Below are positions 58,432 through 64,000 of a stretch of DNA of 64,000 nucleotides, in pieces. Each line of letters begins with the position of its first letter. Position 1 is the stretch's first letter. Under the pieces are notes generated by a model. It was given only the letters and a program-made list of their open reading frames with translations, searched no databases and had not been told where the DNA came from. Origin of the DNA: an uncultured Nitrospiraceae bacterium (GTDB lineage Bacteria; Nitrospirota; Thermodesulfovibrionia; Thermodesulfovibrionales; Dissulfurispiraceae); NCBI GenBank assembly GCA_963705105.1, contig CAVPIW010000006.1, positions 320,001-384,000 on the forward strand, given 5' to 3'. A program made the translations under genes and the position numbers.

Positions 58432-61299
58432 CTAAGCCTTCCTGACCTTGACGATCATGTCCGCATAGGCGCTTTGTCCCATAATCGGACTGAGAGCATC
58501 AGGGTCCATCAGGTTGTTGCAGTCAGGCGTATAGTCTCTTGACTTGTATGCCGTGCCGAGGCCGGGACTGAACCTGCCGCCTGAACCGAAGGCTATTTTT
58601 ATGACACCCGGCCTCATGCCGCCTGAGGCGAAGATCTTCCCTTTTGTCGACCTGCCGAGAGGGTTTTCCACGATGACCAGGTCGCCGCTCATTAAACCCA
58701 GCTTTTTCGCATCGTCCGAGTTCATCCATATGGTGCCTACGGAAAAGGTGTTGGCCTTGAATTTCCTCGTGACGGTTTTCATCGGGTCCGCGACGGCAGG
58801 CATTGCCTCCGGCACCTCCGCCTCGAACGCGTTGTTCATCGGCATCCATAGTCCTTCGGCCTTCACTTCGCCGAGCCAGGGAATCATCTGCGTGCCCGTC
58901 ATGGAATGGTGAATTCTACCGGTGATAAGCTGAAAAGGATAATCTTTTGCATACTTCTTGAATTCGGGATTCGTGTAAGGATTCCAAAGGGTCTCGAACC
59001 AATAGAAGGTCTCCGGGAACTTGCCGAACCCGATCCTTTTCAGGCCGTACGGCACTTCGCCGCCGGCTTTTTCGATAAGCTCGTTGTATTTCGCATATCT
59101 GCCCCTGCGCTTGTCGCCGTCCGTATAGTCCCACTTGAACTCAATGAGTTTTGAGTCCGTCGGCGGCCAAATCTTATGCGGCTCGTCCGCATTCTGTTTT
59201 TTGTACCTCCGCCAGCTCATGGGCCATACGGCAACGCCGTGATTCTTCCTCAACCAGGCGGGAGTGACCTGCTCTCCGACGACCTCCTTTTTCTCATGAT
59301 CGATTTTCACGTTACCTTTTTCAAGGGACTCGGGAGTTCCCCTGAGTGTGTATCCCTCGGGATACTGCGGGTACGGCAGAGGAGTCCCGATGTTCGGCTT
59401 GCCCGGTGTCCCCAGGATCAGGTCGGTGGCAAAAGTGTCCTCGTCCTTGTATCTCTCCCAGAAGTCACCCGGTTTTATATCCCTGTCGCCGAGTTCGTGG
59501 AGCTTCTTTGCGAGGAGATTCATGATCTCCGTCGGGTTCTTCGATTCATGAAGCGGCTTGATGACGGCATCCCTGAGATAGCCGAGCGGCATGGGCGGAT
59601 AAATATCGGACCAGCTCACCCTTTCGGCATAACTCGCCTCGGGAAGGATTACATCGGCATAAAGAGCGCTTTCGAGATTGAGCGTATCCACGAAGACCAT
59701 GAGGTCGAGCGTGTAGTTGCCCGCCGCATCTTTTGCGGTCAGGGCCTCCCTCCATTTCCATGTGGCGGAGCCGCTGACCACGGTGTTTCCCGTCCTCAGG
59801 ATGTAAGCCTTTATCGGATATTTGTGGCCCCTGAATGCCCCGTACCGTATCTGCACCTCTTTTCCCGCAAAAAACTCGGGGTAATCGCCGACCACATCGT
59901 CCCACGCCGCGGGATACTTGCTGCCGAAGTGGTCTTTGTTCAGTTCGGACTGCTTGCCTTCGACCTCTTTGCCGTCTATAGCGCGTTTTACTTTCCTGTC
60001 GACGAACTTCTTATCTTGAACAAAAGAAAATTCTCTTCCCTTGCCGCCCTTGCCCCATTTCATGATCTCGCAGTCGATCACGCCGCCGGGGGCGTCGAAA
60101 TTCCCGGTGACCACATTCAACGCAACACCCAGTATGGAACCGACATACCCGTTGAAGTGGTGTCCGGGTGACTGCATGCCCCACACAAGGGCCGCCGGCT
60201 TGGTAATGCCGAAAGTGTGTGCGAGTTCGGCGATATCGTTTTTCGAAAGGCCGGCCCTCTCTGAAGCCCAATCGAGGTTGAAGTAGTTCAAGCCGTTGAC
60301 AGGGTCTTTCTTCTGCCACCATGATCTGAAGGCCCCCTCGAATTCATCCCATCCCTTCGAATATTTCTTGAAGCTCCAGTCGATGTATTTCTTGTTCGCA
60401 TCTGCCTGATTGTCGTTTTCGAGGATATAACGAAGCATTGCCGCGAAAATGTCGTTGTCAGTTCCCGGCCGGGGCGCGATCCACTTGTCCGCAAGGGCGG
60501 CGGTGTTGGAATAGCTCGGGTCTATGACGTAGTACCTGCATCCGTTCTCGACCCTCGCGCCAACCGTTCCCCTGTTCTCGTACATGATACGCGTCGCCAC
60601 AAAGGGGTTCCAGCCGCAGTAGACGATAAGCTTTGTTTTATAGGACATGTCCTTTTTCAGGCTGCCGTCGGGTTGCCTCACGTAAACCGGTCGCATCAGA
60701 TCAGGCTCCCAACGTTTGCCGCCGACGATGAGTTTCGGCCCGTGCCTTCTCGGAGTGTCGCATATGGAACCGTGTTCCACGACATTGGGCGTTCCGAAAG
60801 CGAAGAAAAGCCTCCAGTACTGGTCTCTGTCCGTCACATCTCCGGTATCCATGATGACCGATTCCGGTCCATACTTCTTTTTTATCTCCGCCAGCTTCTT
60901 TCCGATATAGTCTACAGCCTCATCCCAGGTTACCCTTTTGAATTTGCCCTCTCCCCGGGCGCCGACCCTGATCATCGGGTACTTCAGCCTGTCGGGGGAA
61001 TAGATGAGTTGCTGTCCCGAAGCGCCTTTTGCGCAGACAATGCCGTCGTTGAAAGGGACATGCGGATTGCCGTAAATTTTATGTATCTTGCCGTCCCTGA
61101 CCCAGAACTCAAGGCCGCACTCACTGGGGCACATGCAGTCGGCGCTGTATTTGACTTCGTATTTTCCCATCTCCTTTTGCATTGCTTCGGCCTCTGACGG
61201 GGAAAGATGTTTCAGGGACAGGAGGCCGGTCTTGTTCAGCGCTGTGATGCCTGCCAACGCTCCGCTGTATTTCAGGAATACCCGTCTCGATACCTGCAT
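58432..61299 (-). CDS. Tat-exported bis-MGD molybdo/tungstoenzyme catalytic subunit (Psr/Phs/Ttr/Arr-like)
   Basis: SRRVFLK; DCMCPSEC...CAKG; YSPDRLKYPM; GTPN..HGSIC; ADVILPEASYAER; C-terminal molydop-binding domain. Confidence 0.9.
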   Translation of the reverse strand: MQVSRRVFLKYSGALAGITALNKTGLLSLKHLSPSEAEAMQKEMGKYEVKYSADCMCPSECGLEFWVRDGKIHKIYGNPHVPFNDGIVCAKGASGQQLIYSPDRLKYPMIRVGARGEGKFKRVTWDEAVDYIGKKLAEIKKKYGPESVIMDTGDVTDRDQYWRLFFAFGTPNVVEHGSICDTPRRHGPKLIVGGKRWEPDLMRPVYVRQPDGSLKKDMSYKTKLIVYCGWNPFVATRIMYENRGTVGARVENGCRYYVIDPSYSNTAALADKWIAPRPGTDNDIFAAMLRYILENDNQADANKKYIDWSFKKYSKGWDEFEGAFRSWWQKKDPVNGLNYFNLDWASERAGLSKNDIAELAHTFGITKPAALVWGMQSPGHHFNGYVGSILGVALNVVTGNFDAPGGVIDCEIMKWGKGGKGREFSFVQDKKFVDRKVKRAIDGKEVEGKQSELNKDHFGSKYPAAWDDVVGDYPEFFAGKEVQIRYGAFRGHKYPIKAYILRTGNTVVSGSATWKWREALTAKDAAGNYTLDLMVFVDTLNLESALYADVILPEASYAERVSWSDIYPPMPLGYLRDAVIKPLHESKNPTEIMNLLAKKLHELGDRDIKPGDFWERYKDEDTFATDLILGTPGKPNIGTPLPYPQYPEGYTLRGTPESLEKGNVKIDHEKKEVVGEQVTPAWLRKNHGVAVWPMSWRRYKKQNADEPHKIWPPTDSKLIEFKWDYTDGDKRRGRYAKYNELIEKAGGEVPYGLKRIGFGKFPETFYWFETLWNPYTNPEFKKYAKDYPFQLITGRIHHSMTGTQMIPWLGEVKAEGLWMPMNNAFEAEVPEAMPAVADPMKTVTRKFKANTFSVGTIWMNSDDAKKLGLMSGDLVIVENPLGRSTKGKIFASGGMRPGVIKIAFGSGGRFSPGLGTAYKSRDYTPDCNNLMDPDALSPIMGQSAYADMIVKVRKA

Positions 61300-61301
61300 C
61301 G

Positions 61302-61976
61302 TTACACCTCCTCCGTATTGATAGTGCCGTCCGCCGCCTGAAAAACCTCTTTGTCGGGCGCAATAAACGTCGTCAACGGCTTTGTGCCGTATTCAGGATG
61401 CCAGTCCGTCGTTTTTTGGGATGCCTTGAGCTTCGAAACCGCGCTGCCGGGATCGTTCAAATCTCCGAAAGTCCGTGCCCGTCCCATGCAATTGCGGACG
61501 CATGCGGGTTCCTCGATGCCCGCCGCAATCCGGTGGCTGCAATAGTCGCATTTGTCGACCACTCTCAAATCGCCGGCCTTCTTACCCTTCACCTCCGTGA
61601 CGGTTTTCGCGTAAGGCTCCGGATCGTTTCTTACGGGGATGTGCGGATGCATGAACCGGGCGCCGTAAGGACAAGCGCCGACGCACCTTCCGCAGCCGAT
61701 GCACAGATCCCTGTTCACCATGACGACGCTGTCATCCCTCCTGTATGTGGCACCTTTTACAGGACAGGGGACGATACACGGGGGCTCTTCGCACTGATTG
61801 CAGATTTTCGGGAAAAAATGCCTCTTCGGTTTCGGATAATCGCCCACATCGGCAATGTCCACTTTTGACCTGAACCGACCTAAGGGTACAGAGTTTTCCA
61901 TTTTGCAGCTTACCTGGCAGGAAGTGCAGCCGACACACTTCCTCAGGTCCACAAGCAATGCATACTTCTTTGGCAT
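61302..61976 (-). CDS. 4x[4Fe-4S] electron-transfer subunit (DmsB/NrfC/ArrB family)
   Basis: CVGCTSCQVSC, CNQCEEPPCIVPCP, CIGCGRCVGACP, KCDYC...PACVRNC. Confidence 0.93.
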   Translation of the reverse strand: MPKKYALLVDLRKCVGCTSCQVSCKMENSVPLGRFRSKVDIADVGDYPKPKRHFFPKICNQCEEPPCIVPCPVKGATYRRDDSVVMVNRDLCIGCGRCVGACPYGARFMHPHIPVRNDPEPYAKTVTEVKGKKAGDLRVVDKCDYCSHRIAAGIEEPACVRNCMGRARTFGDLNDPGSAVSKLKASQKTTDWHPEYGTKPLTTFIAPDKEVFQAADGTINTEEV

Positions 61977-62125
61977 AATGTCCCTCCTCTCTTGGGGCTG
62001 AATCGGCGGTGAAGCAATAAAGGTGTAAAATTGTTATACCATTAAAAAACTACTCGAAACAATGATTTTTTCTGCCAGCCGGTGCTCAGGTATTAGCAGA
62101 TGAGCAGAAAATGAACAGGTATCCG

Positions 62126-62917
62126 TCAGGCTGGAATTCTCCTGACTTCCTTTGTGTTATTGAGCGTTTCGGCGAGCACCCGCTCCTCCGTGCTCAGATC
62201 TCCTCTCTGAAACTCCACCCGGAAGGTTTGAGTTATGCACTTTCTTATGGCCGCCTTGAGTTCCGCGGCTTGAACCTCGCGGCCCAGTATTTCGCCCAGT
62301 GACGTGGTCCGAGAGTCGAGATCAGCGAGCAATTCTTCACGGGATGTGATCCCTCGCGCGAGAATCGCCGCCCAGGTCTCGTTCTGCGGCGCCAGGACAA
62401 TCGAGCCGTGCTGCAGCAGGGAGGTCCCCAGCCACGTCTGAGCGCTGCCGACGAATTTCTTCCCCTGGTAGACGATATCACCAACAGCGGAGCGCAAGAA
62501 ACAGACGTCGGCTTGCGGGGACCGGGCGTCTTCGCGACCGAGTTCCGCAGTGACGCCCAGTGAGTGAAAAGCGTCCAGGAGCCCTCCGCAAATAAGCCGG
62601 TAGGCGGCGGTAAGCGAAACCGGAATGCCTTGTCGTGCGCCGGCAATCACGCTGTAGGTGATCTCATGCTGGTGCAGAACCGCCCTCCCTCCCGTAATGC
62701 GCCGGACGATATCAATTCCGGCACTCCGACAAGCAGCCAGATCAAGGGAGTGCTTTTTCTGAAAATAACCGAGGGTGACGGCAGCCGGTCTCCACTGGCT
62801 GAAGCGCAGCGTCGGCGGCGACTCACCCCGCGCATGCAGCCGCAGGAGGGCCTCGTCGACGGCCATGTTGAGCGAGCCCGGCAAGGCTCCGGAGTCCAGC
62901 AGCCGCCACGTACTCAC
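62126..62917 (-). CDS. Lipoate-protein ligase/octanoyltransferase (LipM/LplA family)
   Basis: NMAVDEALL, PTLR, RRITGGRAVLH, KFVGSAQ, LQHGSI. Confidence 0.88.
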   Translation of the reverse strand: MSTWRLLDSGALPGSLNMAVDEALLRLHARGESPPTLRFSQWRPAAVTLGYFQKKHSLDLAACRSAGIDIVRRITGGRAVLHQHEITYSVIAGARQGIPVSLTAAYRLICGGLLDAFHSLGVTAELGREDARSPQADVCFLRSAVGDIVYQGKKFVGSAQTWLGTSLLQHGSIVLAPQNETWAAILARGITSREELLADLDSRTTSLGEILGREVQAAELKAAIRKCITQTFRVEFQRGDLSTEERVLAETLNNTKEVRRIPA

Positions 62918-63840
62918 GGCATCTCCTCAAAAAAACCCTTTGCCTTGTAGGAACTTCGCACCAGAGGACCTGCAGCAACGCTTCTGAATCCCAGCGCACG
63001 AGCCTCTTCACTCCACCGCTGAAACTCCTCTGCGGTGACGTAGCGCCGGACCGGAGCGTGAGCCAGGGAAGGCGCCAGGTACTGGCCGAGGGTCACCATG
63101 TTACAGCCTGCCCCTGCAAGATCCCGCAAAACTGCCTCAATCTCCTCTTCCGTCTCTCCCAGTCCGAGCATCAGGCCCGATTTGACGACAATGTGCGGCG
63201 CCCTTTCCTTCGCCTGCCTGAGCAAAGAGAGCGACCGGGCATAATCGGCCCCCTGTCTCACCTCCCGGTAGAGCCTGGGGACCGTCTCAAGGTTGTGAGC
63301 CAGAATCTCCGGAGAAGCCGACAGCACCGTCGTCAGGGCCTCCTGCGCCCCCGCGAAATCAGGCACGAGCAGCTCGGCTTTCACCTTTGGGCACAGCAGC
63401 CGCAGGGCATGCACCACCTGCGCGTAATGGCCGCTGCCGCCGTCGGGGAGATCGTCCCGGGTAACCGACGTCACGACCACGTGGGCGAGGTGGAGCTCCG
63501 ACACCGCATGTGCCAGACGCAGAGGCTCATCACTATCGGGAGGTCCGCAGGGGCGGCCGTGGGCAACGGCGCAGAAGGCGCACCTCCGGGTGCAGACATC
63601 CCCGAGGATCAGAAAAGTCGCCGTATGGTGCGAATAGCATTCTCCCCGGTTGGGACATCGGGCGCCGTCGCACACCGTTTTCAGGCGCAGGTGCGCCAGC
63701 AGCGAGCTTGTCTTTTCGATTGTATCGTTGCCGGCGCCCCTCTTGGCCCGGCGAATCTCCGTCATCAGTTTTTCAGGGACCGGTGCGCTTTTCATCAGAG
63801 ACTCCGGAATACGCCGTTTTCTCTTTTTTTCCGGCGACAA
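62914..63840 (-). CDS. lipA: Lipoyl synthase
   Basis: CDGARCPNRGEC, CTRRCAFC, TSVTRDDL, HNLETVPRLY, GQYLAP, VRSSY. Confidence 0.96.
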   Translation of the reverse strand: MSPEKKRKRRIPESLMKSAPVPEKLMTEIRRAKRGAGNDTIEKTSSLLAHLRLKTVCDGARCPNRGECYSHHTATFLILGDVCTRRCAFCAVAHGRPCGPPDSDEPLRLAHAVSELHLAHVVVTSVTRDDLPDGGSGHYAQVVHALRLLCPKVKAELLVPDFAGAQEALTTVLSASPEILAHNLETVPRLYREVRQGADYARSLSLLRQAKERAPHIVVKSGLMLGLGETEEEIEAVLRDLAGAGCNMVTLGQYLAPSLAHAPVRRYVTAEEFQRWSEEARALGFRSVAAGPLVRSSYKAKGFFEEMP

Positions 63841-63855
63841 GTGTGTTTCGTCTTC

Positions 63856-64000
63856 CTATGCAGACTCCCTGACGGGGGGTACATGGATAGCTTGTCCGTG
63901 CAGCATCTGGGCGACCTCCAGCAGCGATTCCGACAGTGTCGGATGGGCGTGGATGGTCTCCATGATGGTCTGCGCGGGCAGTTCCGCACGCATGGCCACG
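63856..64000 (-). CDS. lpdA: Dihydrolipoamide dehydrogenase, C-terminal end (runs off the window)
   Basis: Manual translation VAMRAELPAQTIMETIHAHPTLSESLLEVAQMLHGQAIHVPPVRESA*; HAHPTLSE active-site motif. Confidence 0.88.
   Translation of the reverse strand, partial: VAMRAELPAQTIMETIHAHPTLSESLLEVAQMLHGQAIHVPPVRESA

Overview
Gene-dense, GC-rich bacterial chromosome segment. Gene content suggests an anaerobic diderm such as Nitrospirota/Thermodesulfovibrionia or Desulfobacterota (inference). Most of it is housekeeping: late flagellar operon flgMNKL-csrA-fliW, queE, pgpA-thpR(frameshifted)-recA-recX, alaS, dksA, mlaEFDC, iscR-tusA-iscS-iscU, a RomR-like regulator beside valS, nadC, purM, moeA, scpB, dsbC, carAB, pfk and lipoylation genes. 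Two things stand out. (1) A 13-kb cluster (19.7-33.0 kb) of three short TonB-dependent-receptor-like barrels, two YfiR (DUF4154) proteins, a YfiN-like (CHASE8)-HAMP hybrid histidine kinase and a [14 protein letters not shown] protein, with candidate sigma28 promoters. It looks like a YfiBNR-type trans-envelope signalling system in which barrels replace YfiB. (2) A family of ~200-bp intergenic long-hairpin repeats (8 near-complete copies, 3 fragments, two subtypes), plus a second palindrome family next to two of the copies. Also notable: an orphan truncated [NiFe]-hydrogenase small subunit, an anchor-less Tat molybdoenzyme with an atypical FS0 motif, a DsbC with a CxxCH motif, a ~60-aa ValS insertion and repeated leaderless-mRNA promoter geometry. 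No tRNA, rRNA, CRISPR array or transposase was recognised. All family calls come from motif reading, not database searches.
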